Below are positions 38,371 through 51,180 of a stretch of 64,000 nt of DNA, piece by piece. The stretch is from Camelus ferus. Its lineage: Eukaryota. Below the pieces are notes generated by a model. That model was not told where the DNA came from, did no database searches, and was given only the letters and a program-made list of their open reading frames with translations. The position numbers and the translations under genes are program-made. Location of the stretch: contig NC_045696.1 of NCBI RefSeq assembly GCF_009834535.1, positions 8,248,001 through 8,312,000 of the forward strand, in the 5' to 3' direction. Numbering within the stretch: the stretch's first letter is position 1; every line of letters starts with the position of its first letter.

Positions 38371-40341
38371 ACACTGTTCAACCCACTGCAACATACAGTG
38401 GATGCCATTCACATCCAAGCTCTATAGCTGTGTATAATCTGATATAATCACATCCTGTGAAGGAACTCCGATTTTTAGAAAATATAAAAAAATCTTGTAG
38501 GAAGATAAAGCAAATGACACTGTGCCTTTTTGGGGTGACTTTTAGAAATACGTTTATCCACATGTTGAGTGGAGCAGCCTGTAAAGATCTCAAAAATGAG
38601 TCATTTTACAGGCAAGAAATTAACATTGCTAATGTAATTGTTGAAAATTATTTTTAAAATGCATTTTAAAATGCAGATTATTTTTTTAAAACTTGCATTC
38701 ATTTTGTTCCCCTTCTGTATTCCACAGACAATTCAGCAGGCATATCCTATAATAAATACATTTAAATAATGACCACTTTTCTTAAAAATCACAATAAATG
38801 GAATTCACAGATTTTTGAGTGTTATGAGTAAGGTGAGATCTGCAGGTGGCTTTCCCTGCTAATGAGGGACACAGTCATATTCAAGCCATCTGATTTCTTT
38901 TGGTAACACATGCCTGAAAGTAAATTTGAAATAATTGTTTTGGAAAAAAGTAAAGAAGAATGAATACAGCTGGACCGCAGATGCCTCCAGCATGCTGGCT
39001 TGCGAAGAGCAGTGGCATGGTGCCTTCTGTTCACCGGTGACACAGGGGCTGCCCACACAGTCTTTGCTTGATGTCTTTCTTATTGAAAATATATTCCCGA
39101 GTGAAATTCAGAAGAGAACAACAGAATCTATAAAGCCACACCCATCAAACAGTACTTGCAGTTCGCACAACTGTTAGCTGTGGGCTTTTGGGTTGTGAGT
39201 AGAGGGGAAGGTAGTTAGACATCACTTCTTCATTTTAACCCAACTTTTTAATTTTAAATAAAAGTGCAATGTTATTTCTTGAATTAAAAAAATGACATTA
39301 TTTCAGGGGTAACATTAAATCCACTCTAAATGATTGAAGGAATAATTTTATATCAGAGCTGTGAAATTTTTATTAATCACAATTTATTTGTGTACATCTC
39401 GTGGCTGCCTGGGGTATTGTGAAGGTTGATCTTAATATGCAAAATCATTTCCCTGTCGAAAAATTGGGGGCTTTTTCAGCCAGAGGATTGCAGTGATGTA
39501 CAGCAGTGGAAATGGGGGTCACAGTGACGTTTTCTGGAGAGAGATTGGTGAGCAGGACAAAGCAGGGAGGGCCTTTCATGCCAGAGGTTGAAAGCAGGCA
39601 TCAGGAATTCTGGGTGGGTCTGGAGCTGCATGGGTTGGAACGGGGGTACCCAGGACAATGCAAGTCCCAATCTGCTGGACTGAGCCCTTGAGGTAAGCTT
39701 TTTGGAGCGGACCATGGAGAAACAGAGAACGTGTTAGAATTAGGCTATGAAGACTTCAAAGAAACAAGCAGCATCTCCAGCATCTGCAGTCAGGGAGAGG
39801 CAGGGTGAGCACACACCAAAGGGTATTGCAGACAGGAGGGGCCTGGGACCGGCTACTACACCCAAGGAAGCCACGCCCTGCTTCACGTCCGCGGGGCCCC
39901 TGCCTTGGCTCCCAACCAAATGCACACCCAGTTTCAAAACACTCCTCCCCAAATCTTACCATGCAAAATCCCACTCCAAAAGGGGAAGAGGGAAGGCAGT
40001 TAAGGACTGTGGGAGCGAAGCAGAGGGTTTTTATAAACGTTTCACAACTTCTACCCAAGAGTTGTTCTACTCTTATTACCTCGTTTTTGTGGGAGCTCAG
40101 CTGTGTAGTGTAGAGTTGGAGAGACTTGCCTGTCTGTCACCATATCCCCATGTTCCCTCCCCATTAAAATGCAGCCCCTCCAAATTTGTTATATGACATT
40201 GCCCTGTAATTTGGCAATATGCGAAGAGAAAAGAAATGATTTGCCCCAAGTAGGAGAAAAATGAAATGCAGTCATTTACAACAGCTGTATCAATTGTAAA
40301 GCATAAATCATGACTCTTTTGATTCTTGTACAGTGTAGGTC

Positions 40342-40555
40342 AAGGGTTAACACACTGTGGCCCACGGACCAAATCTGGCCTGGTGCTCATTTTTTTGGTA
40401 AATGTTTTATGAGAACACAGCTATACGCACTCATTTACATATTGTCTATGGCTGCTTTGTTCTTACAAAGGCTGAGTTGAATAGTTGCAACAAAGACCCT
40501 CAGACCTGCAAAGCTGAAAATACTGTGAATAAATAGAAGAAGTTTGCTGACTCCA
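40342..40555. mobile_element. MER58A-like DNA transposon
   Basis: tgtggcccacggaccaaatctggcc...gagttgaatagttgcaacaaagacc...agtttgctgactcc. Confidence 0.8.
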
Positions 40556-41947
40556 ATTAAAGAATTAAGATGGACACCAAAACCAAAGGTGAACTACAGA
40601 CACAATCTGAATGGTGATCTTCTGTTGTCACATTAGTTGGCACCTGTACCCTTGAACTTTATCTTCTTCTTTCTGAGATACTTTTAGATAAAAGTGAAGA
40701 GCTAACTGGTAAACCTGCTGAAAACAAATGACATTAATAATTGGCCCCAGATTTTTGTTTATTGTTCTCTTCCCAAAAGATCTATTGGATATCTTCATGG
40801 TCTTCATGGAACAAGTGGTTTTTGCATGTTCCCCAAACACTGATTCACTTTAATCAGTCCCTAAAATATTGATAAATACTGACTAACCCGTGTTTCCAAC
40901 AATTGTATCTGAAAAACAAATAGCCAGTAGTAGTAAACAGTAATGAAGTCATTTATCAAATATGAGAAGTCCTTGCACATGAAATTGTGAATTCTCGTAA
41001 TTGATTCCATGACTACAAAATAGCGTCAAGGTTCTTTACATCCTCTAATGACAAGAGCATAAATCCCATATTTTGTTCCAAAATAAAAAAAAAAAAAGCC
41101 AATGTCTTACATCTCTTTTAAATTGATGTTGGATGTTCAGGGCTTTGAGACTTTGAGGAATCATGTTCAACATTTTATTGAACAGTTTTAAAGATGTAGT
41201 GGATTGAAACAAAATGAATTTAGGATCGAGAAGAAGTGAATTGAATTTCTATTCAGGCCTGTCAGTTCATCTGCATTTCTTGTGTAATTTTGCTCATCTG
41301 ACACATCTAGAAAGTGAGATTGATGAGGTCACCTTTCAGAAGAGCAGTGAGTAAAGAATCTGTTTCTGAATGACTTTTGCAGTAGAATTCCATCAGTTTG
41401 GACTCATAGTAGTTTAGATATAGTATATCCCTGAGGAGTTTTGTTTTCACACCTCTGGCCTGATGTGTGCTGTTTAAGGAAGCACAGCCCCAATGGGAGT
41501 TTCTATCTTTACTGGAGTTCTTTGAAGACTCTTAAATGGATCCAACAATATACTTCATGGTGGCTTCTAAGAAAATTCTATTTCTCTCATTCTTTTGCCT
41601 CAGAAGAACTCTCTTCCTCCAGCATGTCCTCCTGTCCAACCTGTGTCTCCAGGTTCGTCTCCCTTTTATGGAGTTTCTTTCTCTTCTTCTTTCCCACAGG
41701 TCTCTTAGCTCCTCTTAAACCTCTCCACTCCTTTTTCCTTCCCTGAGGCCCCTTCTCCTTGACCTCTGTCTTTGAGTCCTGGTTCCTTTCCATTAGTTCT
41801 CCTGCGAAACAAATTTTCTCACCCCCTGCACCCCCACCCCCACAGAAACCTATACTTCTCATCAGGTCACCCCTCTGCTCCTCCTCTCCCCTCTTCCTCT
41901 TCACATCCTTTGGGGATCACTCTTGGGAACTCCAGATTCTCACTGAG

Positions 41948-44070
41948 CTTTAAAAAATGACATATAATTCACATACAAAAGTCACCCTTTGAAAGTCTCC
42001 AATTCAGTCGTTTTTAGCGTATTTACAGAGCTGTGTGACTATCACTGCTATCCAATCCCAGAGCATTTTCATCACTCTCAAAAGAAACACCTTGTCCTTT
42101 AGGAATCACCCCGTCTTCCCCTCCCTTCAGCCCCTGATGACCACTAATCTGCTCTGCCTCTATGGATTCCTATTCTAGACATATAGGAGTGGAGTTGTAT
42201 AATAGGTGGCTTTTTGTGATTGACCTCTTTAATTTAGCATGATGTTTTCAAAGTTCATCCATGTTTTAGCATATATCAGTACCTCATTAATTTTTATGTG
42301 GAAGAATATTCCACTATAGGGATATACCATATTTTGTTTATTCACTCATCAGTTGATGGATTTTGGGGTTATTTTCATTTTGGGGCTATTATGAATAATG
42401 CTGCTATGTATATTTCTGTACAAGTTTTTATGGAAACATGTGTTTTCAGTTCTCTTGGGTATATACACAGGAGTGGAATTTTGAGGAACTGTGTTATTTT
42501 ACTTTCCCACCAGAAGTGTGTGAGGGTTCCAATGTCTCCATGTTCTCACCAACACTTTTTTTGTCTATCCTTTTGATTATAGCTCCCTTAGTGAATATGA
42601 AATAGTATCTAATTGTGCTTTTGGTTTGCATTTCCTCGATGACTAATGATGTTGAGTGTGTTTTCATGTTTCTTACTGATTGTTGTGTATCTTCTTTGGA
42701 GAAATGTCTATTCAAGTCATTTGCTTATTTTAAAATAGAATTATTTGTCCTTTTATTGTTGCATTGTAAAAGTTCTTTATATATTCTGTGTACAGACCTT
42801 TAGCAGATCTGCAGATATCTTTTCTTTTCTATGGGTTATCTTTTCACTTTCCTGATAGTGTCCTTTGAAGCACAAAATTTATGATTTTGATGAAGTACAA
42901 TCTTTTTCTTTAACTGCTTGTACTTTTGGTATCATATCCAAGAAACCATTGCCTGATTGAAGATCATGAAGATTTACACCTATGTTTTCTTCTATGAATT
43001 TTATAATTTTAGCTTGTACGTTTAGGTCTTTGATCCATTTTGAACTGATTTTTGTATACAGTGCAATGTGAGGCAACGGTCCAACTTCATTCTTTTGTGT
43101 ATGAATACCTAATTATTTCAGCACCATTTGTTGAAAAGACTGTTCTTTCCCCATTGAATTGTCATGGTACTCTGTTGGAAGTTAATTGCTCATAAGTATA
43201 TGGGTCTAATTCTGGATTCTCAATTCTTTTCCATTGATCTATGTGTCTGTCCTTTTGCCAATATAACATTATCTTGATTATTGTAGCTTGGTAGTAAATT
43301 TTGAAATTGGAAAGTGTGAGTCCTCCAAATTTGTTTTTCTTTTTCAAGATTTTTTGGAATACTCTGGGTCCCTTGAATTTCCATATTATTTTTAGGATCA
43401 GTTTGTTATTTCCTGCAAAAAAGCCAGGTGGGATTCTGAGAGGGGTTGTGTTGAATCTGCAGATCATTTGAGGAGTAAACCATTATATCAGTCAGGATTC
43501 CATCATTGAAACATAAACGGTATATATAAATGTACACACACACCCACACACACACGCAGAACCAAATTGACTCATGCAATTGTTGGGGCTGGTTAGGCAA
43601 GGCTGAAATCTGCAGAGCTGGGTGTGTAAAAGGGCAGGTTAGAACTCTGAGCCATGAGCAGAAACTGCAGTCCACAGGTGAAATTTCTTCTACTTGGAAA
43701 CCTCACTTCTATTCTTAAGACCTTTCAATTGAATGAGTCGGGACCACGCAAATTATTTAAGATTATCTCCTTTACTTAAAGTCAGCTGCTTAGAGATATT
43801 AATTTCATCTGCAGAATATCTTCACAGCAACACCTAGATTAGTGTTTGATTGACTAACTGGGGACTATAGCCTGGCCAAGCTGATGCACAAACTGACCAT
43901 CACAGCTGTTCCGACTATATCAAGTCTTCTAATCCATGAACTTGAAATGTCTTTCCATTTGTTTTGATCTTCTGAAATTTCTTTCAGTGATGTTTTATAG
44001 TTTCCAATGTATGTCTTGCACTTTTTGTTAAATTTATTCCTACCTATTTTATTCTTTTTTATGTCATTGT
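41948..44070 (-). mobile_element. Old L1 3' half with an inserted MLT2-type LTR (~43490-43905)
   Basis: ORF2 peptides ([41 protein letters not shown]). Confidence 0.88.
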
Positions 44071-44079
44071 ATAGTTGAG

Positions 44080-44735
44080 AGTGGTTCCCAGTAGACAGCT
44101 AACAAGAACTTGAGGACCTCGGTCCTATAGCCATAAGGTGATGAATTCTCCCAACAACCTGAGGCTGCTTGGAAGTGGATATTTCCCTCATTGAGTTTCC
44201 AAATGAGGATGCACCTGGCTAACAAGTTGATTTCAGCCTTGTGATACTGTCTCAGTCAGCTCAGGCAGCTATAACAAAAATACTGTAGACTGAGTGACTT
44301 AGACAACAAACATTTATTTCTTGCTGTTCATGATTTTGGAAGTCCAAGATCAATGTTCTGGCAGGTTCTGTGTCTGGTGAGGGCCCTCTTTCTGGTTCGC
44401 AGATGGCTGCCTTCTTGCTATATGTTCACATGGCAGAGAGAGAGCTCTGGTCTCTTCCTTTACTTGTAAGGCACTGTTCCTATCATGGGGGCCCACCCTC
44501 ATGACCTCATCTAATCCTCCCAAAGGTCCCACCTCCCAAAGATCCCATCACATTGATGATTAGGGCTTCAACATAGGAATTTTGGGGTGACACCAACATT
44601 TAGTCCATAACAGAAACCCTGAGCAAAGAACCCAGTTAAAGTGTGCTGGATCATGGACTCCAGAAACTGAAATAATACAATTGTGTTACTTAAAACCACT
44701 ATGTTTATGGTAATGTGTTATTCAGCAATAGAATC
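44080..44735. mobile_element. Older MLT1 LTR interrupted by an MLT1A-like LTR (44248-44612)
   Basis: Inner TG...CA LTR resembles 4171-4523; diverged flanks gatac/gaaac. Confidence 0.75.
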
Positions 44736-47154
44736 ACTCCTTTGTATTGAAAAAAATAGATTAATGATCAACATAGAGTAAATTGCAAAAAGGAACACTT
44801 GACAGGTCAGGAAATTACATAGATCAAATGCCCCAGCAAATTGTCATTTCTTTTTTTTTCCCCCATTAAACATTGTCACTTCTGATGGGACCCCACAGAC
44901 AAGGGGCTGGTTTGAGGAGAGTGTATGGGATGTTCTTGTGTCTTTCCCAAGGGCGTTAGCCAGGTGTGATCAGCTCTTGGGAGGCCTGTGCATCTGAGAG
45001 GCCCTTGTCCTGGTCCTTGGCCAGCGGAAGCCTCAGTCAACGCTGGCTTGTATGTATTTGTGGTTCCTTCTGTCGAGAGGAAATCTATTCCAGATAAAAG
45101 CATCCAAGGTAAGGAAAGCTGCAGCATTGGGAAGGATTGCTTAAACTGCATGGGACCAGTATCTGGTTGACTGTTTTTGTCTCTGTAATGAGATATAATT
45201 ACATTTCCTGCACTCAGGAAAAATTGTTCAGGTGAATCCAGTTCGTGAGGTAGCTCCACCTGTCCTGTTACTGGTCTGAGTGTCAGTTGTGGTGGTTGGG
45301 TATAGCACTAAGACCATGTCCTGACCATGTGTTACTAAACTGTCTTACAGAGTGATTTTTAAAAAGACAAATGATCATTAAAACCACTGACCTTTGATTA
45401 GCCTTACTTGAGAATTCTTGAGATTATTTCTTAACGTCACAAATTTCTCTGAAACGATTTTCTTTTCCTTCTTTGGCTTTGAGGGGGTCAAAGGTAGTTG
45501 TGTGCATTTCTAGTTTGCAAGACAACAGAAAAGAGGAGGCAGAGAAGTGCCGTTTTTGTAGTTGTTGGATTGACAATGAAAGCAAGAATCAGATGGAGGT
45601 TTTTTTTTTTTTTTTTGGTAAATTTGAAAAATGTCCAGTCATTTGTACAAATGGTTTAAAAGCCTTGAGATTTTAGGAATGTGTAGTTGCAATTATTCTC
45701 CTTTAATAATTAATTACTAATATGTTTTAATCACTGAGAACCTTGTTTTGATCATTAAGAATTTACAATGAAAGGATTATTTCAAGGTCAAATTTCAAAT
45801 GTTAATCATTGTAACCTAATGCATGTAAATCTCTACTGAATTGAGTTTAAAAATAAAAAGTAAATCATTAATTCGAGTAGCATCCTTACTGGAAATTGTC
45901 TTTCATCATTCCCTGCTATGGCTCAAGGTCATTATTTTACTCAAGCCTCAGAGGCTGATTCAGTCTTGGGAAGAAAAATCATCCTTCTCCCCCTCTTTCC
46001 TTCCCTGAAGATACAGCTCTCACAGGAAACCTCTTCCAGCTTTCATTTTCTCTTAATTGTTCTCATCTTTAATTATTGCTGCTGCCGCTGTGTGTTTTAT
46101 TTGTTTGTTTTGTTTTAGCTTTGAGGGCAGATTGTGTCACCAGGCACAAGACTCTTTGAAGTCACATAGCTTTGCTTGCTGGTAGAGCACTTTTGCTTGA
46201 TGCTCTGATACGAAAGCTTCATATGGAATCTTCCTTTTGCTTTCATGGGCTCCTGGTGACCTGGCTTTTTTGTTGAACTGTACTCTGATCAGGGGCCATG
46301 TGGGGGTGGATTACAGGCCTGGGTTCTGGACTGGGTCCCAGCCTTGACCTGGGTTAGGGTTCTGATACACCACTCACTAGTTTCGTGACCATGAGGAGTT
46401 TATATCCGTCCTGTGCCTCCCCCTTCCCATCCGTACATGTGGACAAGCAGAGCACAGGTGTCCGAGGGCCGTTACAAGATGAAAGATACCTCGGTGTGCG
46501 GCCAGGCCTGGTTATCATGCGGGGGCATCAGCTTAACTCGTGCTCGGAGAAAGCGTGATGCCTTCACTTAGCGCATGATCTGGTCCTGAGCCCACTCCGC
46601 AGGTTATTGGGTAAAAGTTGGCTTTTAGTCTCATCCAATTTAAATCTTAGTCTCATCCAACTGAATTTAAAAGCTCTCAGTTGAGTTTAAATAGCTCATT
46701 CAGGTAGTAGCCTAAAGTGAAACTTGCTCCAACAGCCTCCCTTGTTTTCTTGCCTAAAATGACTTTGGGTGGAGGGGGTGGCTTGTTTCTAGTTCTTCCC
46801 TCCGTGCGGGTTCTCCTGTCTGTACTGGTGACCTTGCAGTTTGCGCTCTGGGCCGAGACAGCCCTCTGGGACACACCTACTCTCTCCCCCTTGTTAGTTT
46901 TTGCTGCCTGGACACCCCGAGCCCGAGTCCCTAACTGGTCCCCGGCTGGCAATCCATGTGGCCCGAGACGGATGATCTTCAAGGTGTCCTTCGAAATGAC
47001 CATGCTTTTTGTGCTGCCAAATTGTGTAGGATGTGTCTGGGTGCTGGATTGGAATATGGGGCAGCCTGTAAGGCGGCTTCTCTGTAGCCAGACACACGTG
47101 GTAAGGCCAGAACTCTCTGCCCCAGACAGCCCCACTTGAGGAACAGTACAGCTG

Positions 47155-47518
47155 CTGGCTGGTAGGTCTGCACTGCATGTTTGTGCGCCCCTCCAAATTC
47201 ATATGTTGAAACCTTACCCTACCCCAGGGTGATGGTTTGGGGCCTTTTGAGAAGTGGTTAGGTTTAGCCGAGGTCCTGAGAGTGGAGCCCCCATAATGGG
47301 ATCGGTGTCCTTGTCAGAAGAGGAAGAGACCAGAGCTCCCTCTCTCCCTCCACTGCTGGAGGACGTGTGCCAGCCAGGAGGGGCACCCTTACCGGAAACT
47401 GACTGTGCTGGGGCCCTGGCCTCAGACTCCCCAGCCTCTAGAACCATGAGAAGTAAGTGTTGTCTAAGCCACACAGTGCATGGTGTTTTTGTTATAGCAG
47501 CCAGAATGGACGGAGGCA
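47155..47518. mobile_element. MaLR LTR (MLT1A/B-like)
   Basis: ccaaattcatatgttgaaacc...ccagcctctagaaccatgagaa...gttatagcagcc. Confidence 0.8.
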
Positions 47519-48237
47519 CTTGTTTTGACCTCCCCTGGGTCCCTTCTCCTCACACTTCACCCAGGGCCAGAGGGGCAAGTCCTGTCTAGGCCTCCCACAT
47601 GAACACTCTGTGGTTTAGTCCTCCAGGCCTGGCTCTTGATACACTAATGGGGAGATAGGGAAAGCTGGGCGTCCTTTTTCTGGTCAGCAGCCCAGCCGGA
47701 AAGGCTACCTCTTACTGCAGAGATCATCATTTTTAATGCATGAAGGTGAATATTAACCTTGGTCCATCTCTTTGCTTTCCTTATATAATCCTCATTTCTC
47801 CCCTAGGCAGAGAGAGGTCTCCAAGGATCAGGAAAAAAAGAGAAAAGCAAAAGAAAAAAGCACATGAATGCTTTCCAAACTGCTCCCCTTGTAACACTGA
47901 TGCCGCACTGACATTTCCTGCAGGCTGGGATTGTGTCTGCATGCTTCCCAGGGCATCCCCGGGACTGGGCACAGTTTCTGGTCAAACCCGAACAAGTATT
48001 TGTTGAATAGATGATGATGATGATGGTGAGTATCAGTGGAGGTCCCTGTAAACTAGTGTACATGGACTTCTTTAACAGCCTGCCAGCAACTCACAAAAGG
48101 CGTCTTACAGACATTTTACTCTGAAGAAATTATGGATCTTTTGTTAGTTGTGAAATAAGAAAGCTCTTTGAAGCTGAAAGAAAAGGAGCTCTTACCTTTT
48201 TTCCATGAAGATCAGAGTCATAGAAATGATAAACCCT

Positions 48238-48779
48238 TGCCAAAGCAAAAATTGCAGTGGACAAAGTTAAGCAGGCAGCGGGGACTTTATTCAAGGCTAT
48301 TGCAACAGGGGAGAGAGACCAGAACTAAGTCTGAACTCAACTCTACTGCAGCAAAGAGCAGGAAGGTTTTCAAGGGCTGGGAAGAGCTGGTAGAACAATA
48401 CTGAAGGGTGTTAGTGGGGAGGTTGATCAGTGGGATATGTCCAGCACACTGAATTATTTCCTGAGTTTGCAGATGTTTTTCTCTGTGATTAAGGCTATCG
48501 AATTAGGCACCCCCCCCCTAATTCCCCCAGAGACTAGGAGATAGGGGCACTGTTTTCCTTGGGGTGGCTCCCAGGTCCTTGAGAAAGATATCCCCGTGTT
48601 GTAAAACTGGCAAGAGGCTTTAAAAAAGGTTATGTATCTCTTAAAGTGGCAGAGAAAGAATTTATGATGGTAAGTTTTCTAGAAAAAAATGTTCCAAGTA
48701 ATGGGAAGTCAGGACCTGGAGTGTGGAATAAGGTTGTCCAAACTTTAGTCAAGCTGAGGGAACCATTAGGCTGTCTTCA
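48238..48779. mobile_element. ERV1-class solo LTR
   Basis: TG...CA ends with perfect 4-bp TSD CCCT (48234-48237, 48780-48783). Confidence 0.8.
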
Positions 48780-50351
48780 CCCTAAACCAAGTAAGCAGAT
48801 GGTTTCTTCTTGGGAATTCAATGTAATATCATGGTTTAATACTGCTCACCCTAAATATTCCTTACTGAAGTAAACTACAGTTTACTGTTTTATAGCAATA
48901 GGAGAATGTAGCTACTGACCTATATTATGCTTTTTGGGTTAATAATTTGGGAACAGCCATCAGGAAAGAAACTGGTCAGAGTAGGTCCTATCTGGGGACG
49001 GTCCTAAGAGCTTGGGTGTCACTGACAGGAAGAAGGTGGCTATGGTTCCTCCAAGTCTAGAGTAAGTGTTAAAAAGTGAGGATTTTCCCAATTTGGATGC
49101 CATTTTCAGCCACATTTGTGTTGAATCAGATACCGCATGGTAAAAATACGTCACAGTCTACCAGTAAGCTTTACTACAAAGACACCTGTGCCGTGGGCTG
49201 TCCTTTCCGGTGTTTCCCTCACAGCTGTGCCTTCCCGCTCTGCCAGCCCATTTTGCTCGGGGTTATTAGCAGGTCTTCATCACCATAACTCTCTGGCATC
49301 AGAGAAGTTGAAAGAAAACTTCCATGGAAGTTTGGACACATTGCATGGAGATTTAGTTACACAAAGTAGCATGGATTTGGGACTTAAAAGCAAGTAACCC
49401 AGTGCTATAAACAGAAAGAAAATGATGAAGAATGAAAAGATACATGGGAAATTTAAGCTCACAGTACTGGTTAGGTTAAGAAGGCACTGGCCTGTTTTTA
49501 CTTTGACGATGTCAGGTGTGAGGCAGCTGGTAGAAACGCCATGAGCTGAGAAGAGGTTTGGGTGCTCTGAGGTTCAGAAAAATCTCTCTGTAGGTCTTGG
49601 GTAAGTGTGTGTTAGGATGCTGTTCAGTACAGCCTGAGGCTGTTTCTGGGACCTTACCCCACCTTTAAGTGATGCCGTGTTATGAACTGCCCCTCGGCTG
49701 TGTTACCTCTTTGGCAGAACAGCTGTCTGTCAGCCTTCAGAGAGTTGTAGGATCATGCATCTTTATGAAGAAAAACACTAAGTGCCATGGGCCAATAGTG
49801 ACTCAGTGCTGGGAGCTGTAAGTCACCAGCTGGTCACATTCGATGCTTTGCATAGACTTTATACATCTTGGATTAAGTGCCTTCTGGACTGTGTCTCATT
49901 GCTTACGGAAATTAAAATGGCTATTAAGTTTAACAACAGCAGTTTTTCAAATCATGAGGACACTGAATGAAAAGCCTTTGTCTCTTGTTTATTTAATGCT
50001 GTCTCCACGTTTTTTTTTCCCCATCAGAAGCTAAACATAATGGTTTCTAAGGTATGTATCTTGACATACTTTTATCATTTGGATCTGAAATGAATGTCTG
50101 AGGTTTCTGGTTGAGGGGAAGCCCCTTTTAATTATATTAAAAGATGGAGGTTAAAAATAGGACCAATCCCTTCCCATGAATACAGCGCTTTTAGTCTGTA
50201 TATGGTTGATTCACAGGTATTACCCAGGGTATTTGTACACTGATGGTGTTATGCAAGGTAAAAGAGAGTAATACCTTAATCTTCTCCACTGTTCTGTAGA
50301 GTTCTCATCATTGGTTCTGTTAGTGTTTCTGATACATCCTCTGCTGTAGCC

Positions 50352-51180
50352 TGTACTGTGTTCCCACGAATGCCTCTGACCCTCCGTGTGATTGTATTGG
50401 AGGTAGGATCTTTAAGGAGATAATTGGGGTTACATGGGTGTGATGGTCAGTTTCATATGTTAGCTTGACTGGGTGAAGGGATGCCCTGAGAGTTGGTAAA
50501 ACATTATTTCTGGATGTGTCTGGGAGTGTTCTAGAAGAGACTAGCATTTGACTTGGTGAACTCTGTAAAGCAGGTGGCCCTCCCTCCCAGTGTGGGTGGG
50601 CACCCTCCAATCTGTTGGGGGCCTAAATAGAATTAAAAGGCAGAGGAAGGGTGAATTCACCTCTGCTTGAGCTGAGACATTCTTCTTCTCTGACCTCAGA
50701 CATTAGCACCCCTGGTTCTCTGGCTTTGGACTCTGATTGGGACTTACTCACCAGGACTTTGAGCTCAACTGAATTACACCGCTGGCTTTCCTGGTTCTCC
50801 AACTTGCTCTGTCTAGCGGGTTCTGGGACTTCCTGGCCTCCATTACCGCATGAACCAGTTCCTGCAGTAAGTCTCTTCTCTCCTGTTGGTTCTGTTTCTC
50901 TGGAAAACACCACTGGTACAATGAAGTCATGAGGGTGGATCCTAATTCAGTAGGGCTGGTTTCCTTATAAAAAGAGGTAAAGATGCCGGGGATGTGTGCA
51001 CAGGAATGACCATGTAGGGACACAGAGAAGATGGACATCTGCCGGCCAAAGAGAGGCCTCAGGAAAAAGCAGATGTACCCACACTGTGATCTCGGTCTTC
51101 CAGCTTCCAGAACTGGCGGAAGACAAATGCCTCCGCGTTAAGCTGTGGGATTTTGTCACAGCAGCCCCAGCGGACTAGGA
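50352..51180. mobile_element. MLT1-type LTR interrupted by an MLT2 (ERVL) LTR at 50439-50920
   Basis: MLT2 start tgtgatggtcagtttcatatgttagcttgactgg and end ctggtaca; MLT1 resumes after it. Confidence 0.8.
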
